A stretch of 63,472 nucleotides of DNA, the filler included, from Octopus bimaculoides (lineage: Eukaryota), in NCBI RefSeq assembly GCF_001194135.2. It is 6 parts of 6 records of this genome, joined end to end, with 100 filler letters (N's around TTAATTAATTAA, not from the genome) between each part and the next. Parts side by side here need not be neighbours in the genome. Positions count along the whole stretch, not along the records: positions 1 to 26,898 come from NC_068984.1; 5 more parts are not named here. One strand, 5' to 3'. The notes under the pieces were generated by a model. It did not search any database. It saw only the letters and a list, made by a program, of their open reading frames with translations, and was not told where the DNA came from. Below, piece by piece: positions 1 to 12,156 of the stretch; position 1 is the stretch's first letter, and the number at the start of each line of letters is the position of its first letter. The position numbers and the translations under genes are program-made.

Positions 1-37
1 ATATACATATATATATGTATAGATATATATATATATC

Positions 38-545
38 ACCCCATATCAGTTTGAAGGATCACAAAGAAAACTTCCTTGTGAATCCCTCCATCCGCTTCAT
101 CTGCCCTTCCAGTTCTGATATAGGTAAGATTAGCAAAATTATACTCGCTCGGATAATACCCTAACTTTACACTACTACTTCCTCACTAAAACTCTGGACC
201 AAAACTACTGAAGCTGTCCAGTGATTCAACCCTCTATGTCCTAAGCACTCCTTTAATTTTACACAGGTCGATACTGATCAATACTACCCCAGCATTTTTC
301 CTTTTCTTCTTAATAAGACTAATTTTCGCCAAGGGATATTCCAATCTATCTCGTGAAGATATTGATATTATACTAGCAGCCCGCTGGAATGTCATATCTT
401 TCGATGGGATATCCTGGGCCCTAAAAATACGCCCTATCTTTTCGACATCCCTATGGGAGCCAGTGACTCCGCCTATGTTACTGACCTCGTCGGACGCTAC
501 CTACGTAACGATCTCCATGAACAATTTCCCAACATGTCTTCTCTT
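38..545 (+). mobile_element. Penelope-like element (PLE) reverse transcriptase fragment, decayed; resembles the Naiad/Chlamys-type RT
   Basis: Manual translation across stops and frameshifts gives HISLKDHKENFLVNPSIRFICPSSSDIGKISKIIL, then LWTKTTEAVQ*F, QVDTDQYYPSI and FDIPMGASDSAYVTDLVGRYL. These match the PLE RT blocks TLKDHK..NP..RLINP.KSEIGKISK, FDI.DFYPSI and FDV.MGS.DGAE.CELVG.YL. The fragment begins directly after a (TA)n tract. Confidence 0.8.
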
Positions 546-1158
546 CAAATGCCAATCCTACTATTGAATTCTGTGTTTAAGCTAAAACTACTATATTATC
601 TACCACCGATCCGTCAATTTCCTTCTTTCTCTCACTCCTCTATATTTTATTTTGTTCTATTTCTTTACTTATTTTTCTCTTCTTTCTTCTCTTCTATTAC
701 TTATTTCGCCCCTCATTTATATACATCTCACATACTTACCCTCCACATTTTCTGATTGAATTTTGCGTCAACATGTACCTCCTTGTGAGAATGTAGCCTT
801 TAATCTAATCAAGATATCCTTGGCCTGAAGCGTAGTCGGTGGTATACACCTCACATGTATTTTACCAATTTTGAAGTTCTACTCCCTATGAAACATAAGT
901 AGCCCGGATTTCCCATACGCCATTCCGTAACTCTTGTATTCTTTTTCACACACTCGGCAACCGAGGAATATACAAAGAATTTTTTTTTCAGTTCATTATT
1001 CATCAATAAAAGAAGAAAAAAATTGCAACTTTCCGTCATAATAAGCCACTTTTATTTCTGAAAGGTTTTTGTTTTTTTTTTCATATTCACTACGGATTGC
1101 TCGAAGCTAACTTTCTTCCTACGCCTCGATCGCTGGATCTTACATTTATATATATATA

Positions 1159-1454
1159 GGCGCAGGAGTGGCTGTGTGGTAAGTAGCTTGCTTACGAACC
1201 ACATGGTTCCGGGTTCATTCCCACTGCGTGGCACCTTGGGCAAGTGTCTTCTACTATAGCCTCGGGCCGACCAAAGCCTTGTGAGTGGATTTGGTAGACG
1301 GAAACTGAAAGAAGCCCGTCGTATATATGTATATGTATGTTTGTGTGTCTGTGTTTGTCCCCCCCAACATCGCTTGACAACCGATGCTGGTGTGTTTACG
1401 TCCCCGTAACCTAGCGGTTCGGCAAAAGAGACCGATAGAATAAGTACTAGGCTT
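1159..1454 (+). mobile_element. tRNA-derived SINE family A (head + internal microsatellite + 3' half), cut by gap
   Basis: Box A-like TGGCTGTGTGG, box B-like GGGTTCATTCC and CORE-like CACCTTGGGCAAGTGTCTT. Near-identical copies recur throughout the window. Confidence 0.9.
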
Positions 1455-1562
1455 NNNNNNNNNNNNNNNNNNNNNNNNNNNNNNNNNNNNNNNNNNNNNN
1501 NNNNNNNNNNNNNNNNNNNNNNNNNNNNNNNNNNNNNNNNNNNNNNNNNNNNNNNNNNNNNN

Positions 1563-1636
<74 letters not shown>

Positions 1637-3490
1637 TGTATGTATTATATATGTACGTATGCATATACATATACTACTTGGTGAGAAAATAACTAGCTAA
1701 TACTGCTGGTAAAGCGACAAGATCGTCGCACTTAAGCATTTCTCGCATTTAGAATATTTGTGGAATGAATCACTGAGGTTTACGGCAATTAAAGCATTTA
1801 AATAGACTCACGGGAGTAAGAGCAATTAGACTGACGAAACGCTAATGCGCTTTGAAAATTTAGTTTCGTCAATCTATGACATAAATTTAAGTTCTACGGA
1901 TCTCTATTTTCAATATCACTCGATATAAGATGTGTGCCACAGAGTAATGGGGACAATTCTTTCAACTATGTCACCGTCCCTAAATATATAATTATGTCTC
2001 TAAAGAAACCGCATTTTTTTCTGAAGAATTGCATTAATATATTAAATGATTTTAGTCCGATACACCACCGTTTCTAGAAATAAAAAAGAAAGCAATATGA
2101 ACACAGTTTCACCTAGCTTAATTTGCGAAGCATAATATTCAAGTAAATGCAAAAAAAAAAAAACAATTTTACATTTCTTTCTGTCTATAATTCATAGGTG
2201 TCATGTTTATATAAGAAATAATTGTTATATTGTTGTTGAGGTACTTGCTTTTTTCGTCAATGCAAATGCAATTATTCAATTTTATTGGTCATTTATCGTT
2301 TTCAATTTTTTTTTTAATGTTTTCTCAACCGGTTCACTTAATTACACCTACCATATTGAGTATGATATTTAATAAGAATTGTTGATGGCTAATTATTTTC
2401 TTATTATCACTTATTATTGTTATTCTTGTTATGAATTTAAAATCCAATTATTGAAACACTCCAGTATCTTCTTCAAATATTTAAAGAAATACAAAATATA
2501 ATTTTTATGATTGAAAAATAATTTCAAAATATATCTTGCCTGTAAGTGGTTTATAAAACTTCTATTTTGCTCTGTCATAGTTTGTCGCTTCTACTTATCT
2601 AAACAAGAAGAAATTTGTTCATGCCTCTTATATTCCACTTATCGCTTATTTAAATGAAACGGAGAGTAATTGTTTTATTTCGCGATGGTGTTAACTTCTT
2701 GTGGTTTCTAAAAGTTTCCGACGTCTTAAAAACAATAGAATTCACAAATTTTTATTCTACTTGAAAAATTATGTTCATTGTTCTCCTAACGAAGAGAAAC
2801 AGTCCCTTTAGAAAATGTTCTATGAAAATTCTATGGAAGTAGACATTCTTACAAATTTCACATAAATTAATTTTATTCATTCTTTCTCTTTTTATAGTTT
2901 AACTTGGGGGGTTTTCGCAAGGAAGTCTATTTAAAACATATTTTTATTCATTCTTATCTTTTCTTCCTATTATTTGAATTTACAATTGGAACAATAAAGA
3001 GATAATAATTATTTTTAAGTGAAGAATACATTCGTTAATATTAAATAGTCAAAATGTTTTAGTAAAAGCTAGTGAAATCGATAAGTTATTATACTACTAT
3101 TTGAAGTGTTCACGGTTCATATACAACTCTGGTTGCAACGCGTACCTTGCTAAGAAAGTTAACTTACATTAATCCTTACTGCTGTTACTCCAATCGAATA
3201 TTCAGCGCGGTATTAAAGTGCGTATTTCATTTGAGTGACTGAATCATTAACGATTAGTAATGAGTTCAATCCACAAAACAAAAATAAGTTCTTCCAAACC
3301 AATTTAAGTAAAAATCCTTCTGGTACAAACTTTACCTTCAATTTCGACTCAGATGGGCCTGGCATCGGTGCTTAAAATTAATATTCTAACAGACATATCT
3401 CAAGAAAACGTGTTCAAATAAGTTTTCTAAAGGAATTCTACATTGTCCATAGAAAAAAAATAGCTATCAAAAGTTCATGTTAATTTATGT

Positions 3491-3733
3491 TATTCTTTTC
3501 TTTTATACGCTTACTTGTTTCAGTCATTTGACTGCGGCCATACTGGAGCACCGCCTTCAGTCGAACAGATCGATCCCAGGACTTATTCTTTGTAAGCATA
3601 GTACTTATTCTATTAGTCTCTTTTGCCGAACCGCTATATTTTGGGGACGTAAACACACCAACATTGGCTGTCAAGCGATGTGGGGGGGGGGGGGAGATAA
3701 ACACAGAAACACACACAAAAATACATACATACA

Positions 3734-3798
<65 letters not shown>

Positions 3799-3960
3799 GA
3801 CGGACTTCTTTCAGTTTCCGTCTACCAAATCCACTCACAAGGCTTTGGTAGGCCAGAGGCTATAGTAGGATACAAATGCCCAAGGTGCCACGTCATGGGA
3901 CTGAAGCCGGAATCATGTGGCTGGGAAGGAAGCTTGTTACCACACACCAACACTGCGCCT
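3491..3960 (-). mobile_element. SINE family A, full length
   Basis: Reverse complement of the 1159-1454 copy, plus the 3' tail (CAGTCATTTGACTGCGGCC on +). Internal (TACA)n(TA)n at about 3721-3797. Confidence 0.9.
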
Positions 3961-4711
3961 AATCACTTGATTCATTATGACAGATTTATTTTACTTAGTT
4001 TTTACTTTGAAAATTAATTGAAACAAAGGCAGAGTATTTCAATAGGGATATAGCAAGAAAAATGTAAAGCTAACAAAGAATAATTATCAGTAATGAAAAA
4101 GAAGCTTATTTCACGCCAATAACGATAGTTTTTTACCCATGTGCAAGAGTCAATACTTAATACATTCGGTCTTTATACGCTCTGATCAATCTACAAGAAA
4201 TAGAAACGAAAATTTCCCTTATTTCACATTCTTCTGTCCTAAAAATAAACTTATAATGCCTTAAGAAAACTTAGATATTTTCCCAGGAGTATTTGTCACC
4301 ATGCGTCTGTAGAACTACGTCTAACCTGGAAATAATTTAGCATCAAGAAGACCGATAGTTGCAAGGAAAATGTCGAATGGGTCGACTTCTATTGGTTATT
4401 GTCATACGTTAAAAAATCAATACTAAATTTACAGTTACAGTTATATAACTGTACAGTTACAGTTATATAATGTAATTAAAAATTCGGGTAAGTTATACGA
4501 AATTTCATATGCCTGTGTGTGTACGTGCGCGCGCGCATGCGTATGTGTGTTTTTATGCATGTATGTATGTATCAATATATTTATGTATACGCATATACAT
4601 ATATATGTATATATGTGTCTGCAAGCGTGCGAATGTGAGTGTGAGTAAAACTTTTGTTTCATTTTTTTCTTTCCAGTCGTTTTTTCCGCAGTATATATAC
4701 GAAGCTGTATA

Positions 4712-5800
4712 TACAAAGAGTAAGAGTTATTTGAGTACACATTTGGAAATATAATAAAACAGTTCTTATCGTACAAAAAATCAAATGTGTTTTAATAAAA
4801 ATTTCTACACATGTTCTCTATAGCTTACTTATAAATTTGTTTTATGTAACCGCTTTCAGCTTCCGTAATTACTTCAGTGCTGTACCAGAATTTTTGACAT
4901 GTCTGCTCTGAATGTTCTTCATTCATTTCGAACATCATCTGCTCAATTGCGACCTTCGGCGAAGCTATGATATTGTGAGGATGTCGGCTGATCTCCTTTT
5001 CAACGACGCTCCAATCTCTCCAAAGAATTTTAATCTGACGAGGCACATAGATGATTGTAAAGATTACCTAACATCCATTCTTGAGTTCTGTAGGCTTTGT
5101 GAAAACGTATTAAGCGTCTTCATCCATCCATCGCTTAACAACTGTCTCCAGTGGCTCGATGTATCTGACAGTATTAATTCTAAAATCATGTGGAAAGATG
5201 TAACGTAGCATGACATGACCTTCGTTATTCACCACTCCAATGATCATCACACTTACTGAAAATCTAGTGCACATCCTTTGCGATATAGAAGTAACTGCCT
5301 TAACTATCTGTAATTTTTCCTTATTAGACTTCTTTGTCTTATTTGAATTTTTTTTTTCATCAGAAAAGAATCAAAGCACGCCATGTTTATAAGGGTTTCT
5401 TATCTTGTTAAGTAACCGCCTTGTACGGATTGTGATTCTGTGTTTTTTCAGACATGAAGTGGCCTGTCCTTAGTATATATGGCTTGTGTCGAATATCCTC
5501 GTGAACCACAGTTCTGATAGTCCACTCACACATTTGAGGTTCTTTGGTGATGGCCTTCATTGATTTTCTGTGACCATCAGGGATAATGTTGTAAATTTTG
5601 AATGAATTTCATTGTCCTTATACTATTCCAACGTTTAGAATATTTTTCTATTTGATACTTTTGAAACATTCCTAACAGAGTTTTCTAATTCCTTCCAAAA
5701 AAGGATCATGCAGCTTTTAGAATGTTGGTAATTTCTAAATCGATGTGTTCCGGACAAACCAGAACGACTTCATGTCTTTTCATTTCTTCTGTTGGTATAT
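4712..5800 (-). mobile_element. Tc1/mariner DD37D (maT-like) transposon, heavily decayed
   Basis: Minus-strand translation gives EMKRHEVVL, RKSMKAITKE..TIRTVVHEDIRHK, FFSDEK, VMIIGVVNNEGHVM, ETVVKRWMD, SHKAYRTQEWM and WSVVEKEISRHPHN..ITEAESGYIK. This is collinear with the copy at 23636-24905. A degenerate TIR lies near 4712. Confidence 0.8.
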
Positions 5801-6103
5801 TGTCTGGCATGGGGTATCTGAAAGGAAAAGAAATGTTTAATTGGTTTGGAGAGAGTTATACACTGATAATTAAGTGCCCGGAAATTCTCTCTGAACTTTG
5901 CTTATACGAAGAGGCCAGAAACATAATTTGAGTTTCTGTTAAATTTTCGTTTGCTTAATATTGCACGCCACAACCGATGTTTGGCATAGTAATCCTAAAC
6001 CTGCTATGATTAGGTGTTTTGTTTGCACCTTTTATTAATGAAACTTACTGCTGCTATTTTCTCTTTTTAAATATTACTGACATAATAATAAAAATAAAAA
6101 GCG

Positions 6104-6167
6104 GAAGAAGAAGAAGAAGAAGAAGAAGAAGAAGAAGAAGAAGAAGAAGAAGAAGAAGAAGAAGAAG

Positions 6168-6212
<45 letters not shown>

Positions 6213-6278
6213 AACAGCAGCAACAACAACAACAAAACAACAGGAACAACAATAATAACAATAACAAAAACAACAAAT
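6104..6278. repeat. Compound microsatellite (GAA)n-(CAA)n
   Basis: Directly visible. It generates the poly-R/T/L/C ORFs in the track. Confidence 0.98.
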
Positions 6279-6289
6279 CAATCGTCAAT

Positions 6290-7505
6290 AGAGTGAAAAT
6301 ATATATCGAAGATAGAAATAATGGCAAACACGGGTCCGGAAATCATAGTAAGGTGTTGCACCTAGCAGAGCAAGGGACTGGCATCCCATGTCGTCACCAC
6401 GCGAAACCCTCTTTAACGAATATATGGAATAGACAAAATATTATCTGAAAAGCAATCCAACAAAGAGAAATTGCAGGAAAAGAATGCTTTATATTTGAAA
6501 CGAAATAGAACTTTTTGAACGAAGTGAACGAAATCTTGCAGGACAAGCACGGTTGATTAAGATCAATGGCTGGCTATCTGGGATTGAGATAGAAGAGATA
6601 AAATAGGAAATAGATCAGGAAACTAGCAGAGCAGGTTCCAATATCGCTGAAGATGTTGGTGCTGAAGGAGATGATAAAAGAAGTTTCAGCAGACATGGAT
6701 AGAGAAGAACGGAATTAAAGTAAATCGATAAGCTTTGAAGAGAACAAGGAACATCTGGATGCTGAAGATAGAGATATCGTGGCAATGATAAAGGAGCAAC
6801 TTGAGAAAGTGCCTTAATCTTTTCCCCTGACATAAGGAATGTTGCTAGAAGCAGATTGAAATAGCAAACGGAGTGAATAGACAAAATATTAAATTATGTC
6901 AAAACCAAAACCCAAGAACATGAAAAACATCGTGAAAGCTCCTGGCAACGCCGTGGTAAGGCTCTTGAGAATGAATAAGAAACAACTAGACCCATGAATA
7001 ATTAAGTTACAAATTAAGAATGGGAAAAAAAGACCTGAGCAGGATGAAAGAGGAACAGTTGAAAAATGATGACGGTGCGAAGGAGCTGAAAGTGAAATAC
7101 AGAATAAGGAAAAAAAGGTTACAATTCTGTAAGAGAAGAATTCAAGGAAAGAACTGCTAAAGCGAAGAAATTAAAAAGGTACGATGATCATTGTTACCAA
7201 TTCCATCAAAATAGGCTGTTTTTAAGCAACCAAAAGAGACTTTTCGAATAGCTTGACGAAAGAGAAAGAACCGAGGCATTTATTTCGGATACTAATGAGG
7301 GCAAGAAATTTTGTGAAGGATTCTGGGATGCGAGTAAGAGCACAGCTTGGAAGAGAAATGGCTCAAAAGGCACATTGAAGAGGAGAATCAATAGGAGAAT
7401 GTAGTAATAACCCAGATTAAACTACAAAAATAACAATGCAGGCTCCCACAGTGGAAAGCACCAGGAACCGATGGGGTTCGATCTTACTCGTTGAAGATCA
7501 TCAAG
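6290..7505 (+). mobile_element. R4/Dong-like (RLE-type) non-LTR retrotransposon, N-terminal part up to the start of RT, decayed
   Basis: Translation gives SNPTKRNCRKRMLYI*NEIELFERSERNLAGQARLIKINGWLSGIEIEEIK, KAKKLKRYDDHCYQFHQNRLFLSNQKRLF and LPQWKAPGTDGVRSYSLK. These are typical of the R4/Dong-clade ORF N-terminus and the pre-RT WKAPGPDG motif. Confidence 0.75.
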
Positions 7506-7614
7506 TCAGTCAGACCTTTTGAGGCTCTAATTCTGTGTTATTTAAATTTCCAGTTCCATGTTGCAAAGTTATCTGATTTCGCTGTTTTTGTTCGAAGTGG
7601 TATTTGGAGAGAGA

Positions 7615-7784
7615 GACGGCCAGTCGATTAGACCGACCCCAGTACGCAACTGGTACTTAATTTATCGACCCCGCAAGGATAAAAGGCAAAGTCGACCTAG
7701 GCGGAATTTGAACTCAGAACGTTAAAACATGCGAAATACTGCTAAGCATTTCGCCCGGCGAGCTAACGTTTCTGCCAGCTCGCC
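7615..7784 (-). mobile_element. tRNA-derived SINE family B (Meta-like central domain)
   Basis: Reverse complement reads GGCGAGCTGGCAGAAACGTTAGC..GTTCTGAGTTCAAATTCCGCC..GACTTTGCCTTTTATCCTTGCGGGGTCGATAAATTAAGTACCAG. It matches the copy at 36327. Confidence 0.88.
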
Positions 7785-9149
7785 ATTGGTATGGTTCGTG
7801 TTCTGCGGGGACATTAGTTTGTTGTATGTATTTTATTTTCATTTTTCCCCTCTTATAAACAGAGATTGCCTTGTTTCGATGCAAATACTCAGGGAGAATT
7901 TTGCATTTATGTTTAGTGTGGTGTTCTTGATGTGGTTCTCATATGTATACAAACGTAAATGCATACGTTTGCTGTAACAAATATACAAAATGGACAATAT
8001 AACTCAATGCATGATAATACATACTGTTTTTAATCGGCAGAAACGGTCTTCTTTTGTAGTAAGTGCAATGCACGAAACTGTATCATTGAGTAATTTCTAT
8101 ATATATACATATATTGTTTTATTCTTTCTTTTACTCTATTACTTCTTTCAGTCAAAATAGGTGTGCGCAAGTCATGTAGCTGTATCAGTATTGAGACCAT
8201 AATATATATATCATTATGTATGGATGCAAAATAGCCATGCTCGTAGTTAGATGAAAAAAAAATCAATTGATACATATACTACAGAAATTAGCTCCTCTGT
8301 GTGCCTGCGTGTGTGTGTGTGTGTGAGTGTTTGTGTGTGCGTGGGTGCGTGTGTGTATGCGTAAATACTATATTTATTCAAACGAAAGAGGAAACCAAAC
8401 CTCAGAAAGTACTGTTTAGCTCACATATATGTGTATGGATGAATGTATATATACATAGAAAGACTCACACTCATACATACACATACAGATACACATACAC
8501 AAGCACACACGCACGCAGACATGTGTGTGTGTTTGTGTGTTTGTGTGTATGTGTGTCTGTGTGTGTGTGTGTGTGTTCGTAAAAGGAAGCCAATAAAAAT
8601 GCTTATACGCTTAGATGTATAAAATTATTCAATAAACTATTTCATATCTATGTGGTACATCAACTTAATATTCTGCTGTCCATTTTTACTTTGGTAAATT
8701 ACACTATTAATGACGTGATTTGGAAAGGCCTACGCTAAAATTCAGAAGCCATTCAGTACACGAACAGAAATGACATCCATTCTTACATGAGGACATACAA
8801 GTTGACACTTAAATGAAAGAACCAATTATGTAATTAAAGTATGTTTATCAAATCGTGATATGTTTATTTAGAAGTATTTAACAATGATAGAAATTTTATT
8901 GTCTGTTTCTTTTTCTGTCCTTATCGATTTTTCTCCTGTTTTGTTTTGTAAAACATTTATTTATTCCGCAATAAATAATCTCAAATATTTTACCTTTCGT
9001 AGCCAGGTGTATTTGTTCATGAATGGAAAATATTACGCATCCCGTTAAGTGAATTAATAAGACCATAGTCCACAATATACTTCAGGTTTTATTTTATTTT
9101 AATTTGCTCTTTTTTTAGGTTCACTGCCTTTTTTCTTTTCATTTTTTGT

Positions 9150-9830
9150 TGTTAAAATTCGGCCACCCTTCTTGCGATTCTGTCTCACGAATCGCCATGT
9201 AGTTCATATCAATATGTACCCGCTCAGGCAGTCAGTCCGTTGCCCCTAGTATCACGCTCAAATCTTATTCACGAATTTTGCTCCCGTGGGTTAGTTCATA
9301 GTTCAATGGATACCACCTTTGCACTTATAGATGGTACCAGCTTTACAAACCTCATTATTTGGAAATCGGTTAATTGTATGTATTAGAATTGTTGACATGA
9401 GTTCGAATGTACTCTTCCAAAGTCACCTGTTTCTGATAAATCTGTCCTGTCTTATACCGAAATCGCTTATGACAAGCAGCTAATTAGTTGTTGGTGCTTA
9501 GCACGAACTCCGAAGCAAATCGTATAAATCCTCCTTCTTATTCTGCTTGTTTATCATTGTAGCAACATAAACACTACAAACAGTTATACGTTGATTAGCA
9601 TCCTAAAATAATCTCGACTTCATTCTTTTATCGGATATATAGATTAGAAGCGATACTAGCCTGGTGACACGACTTATCGCAATAGTTACATTAACACCAG
9701 CTTTACCCCGTACAAACTGACCAGAGGAAATTATAATCAAGAGATCGTAGCTCTCACTCGTGTTTAGACAATAGGGTGACATTCGCACCACATCGCTTCA
9801 TTTCCCTATTCAATATTGCATTTCTGTTTG
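9150..9830 (-). mobile_element. RTE-clade LINE apurinic endonuclease domain remnant
   Basis: Minus-strand motifs in the expected order: ILNREMKRCG.NVTLLS, DYNFLWS, GKAGV, RLVSLL, ITVCSVYVAT (cf. ISAYAPT), KEDLYDLL, LLVISDFGIR (cf. LGDFNAR) and *TNPREQ (cf. WxHPRS). Many stops and frameshifts. Confidence 0.6.
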
Positions 9831-10759
9831 GAAATCTTCCAGAGTTTTATCACACCCAAAATGATTCTGACTTTCCAGGATCCACAAATTAAATATGCGA
9901 GTTAACTTTTCACTTATTGACCATAAAAATGGAAGACTCAATAGGAGTGATATTCCAACCAAATTACATGTTCAAATTGCTCTTATGCCGTCGTTTTTTG
10001 ACAAATGTGAAAGATATGGCATTCACCGAATATGATTTCCTAATCATATTCAACATCGAATATGATTTCTCTGCTCAAACTGTACAGCATACCCATGATT
10101 TGACAAAAGTGCCTAGAATTCATGTCAGTAAACACACATAAAGCTAAGCCAGTGACTTGTCTAGAAATGCTTGGAAATGAGCTAAATATTTTTCACAATA
10201 AATGAGCTTTTGTTTTTGTATCTGTATTCATGCTTAAGTCGAATATTGAATATGACTTGAGACAAGTTTAATTGAAAATTATAGTAAATATATAAGTTTT
10301 GAAGCATTTCCAGACACAAAATAGAGAATAAACAGTATAAATTTTAATTTGTTCATTAAGTAAGGAAATTATAATTTTGAAATAGTTACATTTTGTCTCA
10401 GAAGATAAGACATACCATTTGCTTTATTAGGTATATTTACCATTTTTGTTTGTTTATGTAATGAAATAATGAACCACGTGTCATATTATATTTACTTCGA
10501 ATAGTAAATCTTAATTGTAGACATGTCTGGAGGGAGTAATAAAAGCCATAATTTGCATAAGAAACAATTAGGTTTTATTTTTTAGGAGGTGGGGAGTATT
10601 TTTGTTGTTTTCGCCAATACTACACAAAATCGATTGTAATTATTATTTCTGCTTATTATTGTTTCCAATTATTTATATGAACAGATTGGTACCTGGTCTC
10701 TCTTGGATTAGTTAAGCGATGCAGGCGCGTCTGGTGAAATGCCAATAAGGATCGAAAAT

Positions 10760-11260
10760 AGATGACTGTTCATCAATTTTCAGTCTTCGGAAAAATACGT
10801 AAGTTTGACATTTATGACTACGTAGGTTTATATACAGATAAATATAATGCTATAAAATACATGACGACCTACATGGAAACGCCTTCATCAAAGAACTACC
10901 CCTTCATGACTGACTTGGTGGTAAACAACAATGATAACTTCCATGAAACAATACGTACAAACATCCCAGTCCATAATCACATGCAGAACTACCACCACGA
11001 GATTTCCCAATATCCATCAGGGCCACTCATCATAATACAGACAACATTAAGATGAAGAAAGCCTTCCTTTCCTTCTTAATGAGGCAGTGGCCAGTTCCAA
11101 CCAACCGAAGAAAGCTACACAAAGCTGATAAGTTATCAAGACAACATCAGTCTGCGCATGTCACTATGTCACTATCGTCTTCTATTTACCTGAGCAGTAA
11201 CTTATTCAATTCCTCATTTTCCACGTGTCCTGAGGAAGGCGTCATAACACCGATATATCA
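10760..11260 (+). mobile_element. Penelope-like element 3' remnant (GIY-YIG C-terminal part and terminal motif)
   Basis: YDYVGLYT, IPVHNHMQNYHH (paired His as in the PLE endonuclease) and KMKKAFL (cf. RKIKEAI.I). It ends in CCTGAGGAAGGCGTCATAACACCGATAT, resembling the CTGA.GA..GAAA motif at PLE ends. Confidence 0.4.
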
Positions 11261-12156
11261 AAATTTAAGGTAAAACTCCAGCTGTTGTTCTGTTTTTCCT
11301 TTTGTAGTTTAATTTTTATTTCATTTCGCATTATTTCGGTCTTCTCAACAAAGTTTTATATAGTATGTATGTGTGTGGGTGTGAGCTTGTAGATGTTTAT
11401 CTGTAAACTTGTATGTGTGCATGTGGGTATTTGGCCGGATGCGTCTATCACCAGTGGCGTCACAAATCCTAATAGTGTGTGTTTGTAACACCTAATATGC
11501 CTTGCCGGCCACCAGACGCTTTCTCTAGTCGTTCTCACAAGGTCAACTTAATGTGACCTATGTCTCTGCACTCAGCTCAGCGGTTCGACTGAATTTTACC
11601 AGCATCATTCATGGTTATGAGTCCCGTAATCCCACTCCATCTCCTCCCGTAACCACCTCCGCTTCTACATTTAAATATAGGTATTTAAATATGGTTATCG
11701 CATATATGTAACCTGTGTTTCACGTTTCTCCCTCTGGGGGTTTGTTTGATTACAAGTGCTGCCTGTTTGAAGTGCATCTTCGGTTGCGTAAACTGTGTGA
11801 CATCATGTGTTACCTAATGCTAAAATATACCTAACAGATGAAGTAAAGGAGTACCAATTTCAGGCCCACAAGTTCTTCTTATATGACACTGTAGCCCTCC
11901 TCAGATTGTACAGGAACCTGAGCGATCACGCAGAGGTAGGAGCTTAACGAGATTTGCCATAAAGGCCGAAACCTAAACAATTAGATTGTCTCGCGCTGAC
12001 CGAATCCAATCATGTTCACACATATGCACACACATACACACACACATACACGTGCACATGTACAAGCACACACGCACATACATACACACATACTCACACA
12101 CACACACACACACACACACATACATACACGTATTTATACCCACACACATACACACA

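Noticed and set aside
222-224. In-frame TGA in the Penelope-like RT as possible selenocysteine (reported for some Naiads)
   Set aside because: It aligns to a conserved Trp (V..WF), so TGG>TGA decay is the simpler reading. The fragment also has other stops and frameshifts.
760-1040. YTPHMYFTNFEVLLP as a possible Polinton/DNA polymerase B motif, and ORF 851-1039
   Set aside because: A single weak motif with stops nearby and no supporting blocks.
1821-1870. CTGACGA..GAAA as a hammerhead
   Set aside because: Better explained as a simple 9-bp inverted repeat (TGACGAAAC/GTTTCGTCA). Stems I and III cannot be formed.
6019-6327. Poly-R/T/L/C/S ORFs
   Set aside because: Translations of the (GAA)n(CAA)n microsatellite.
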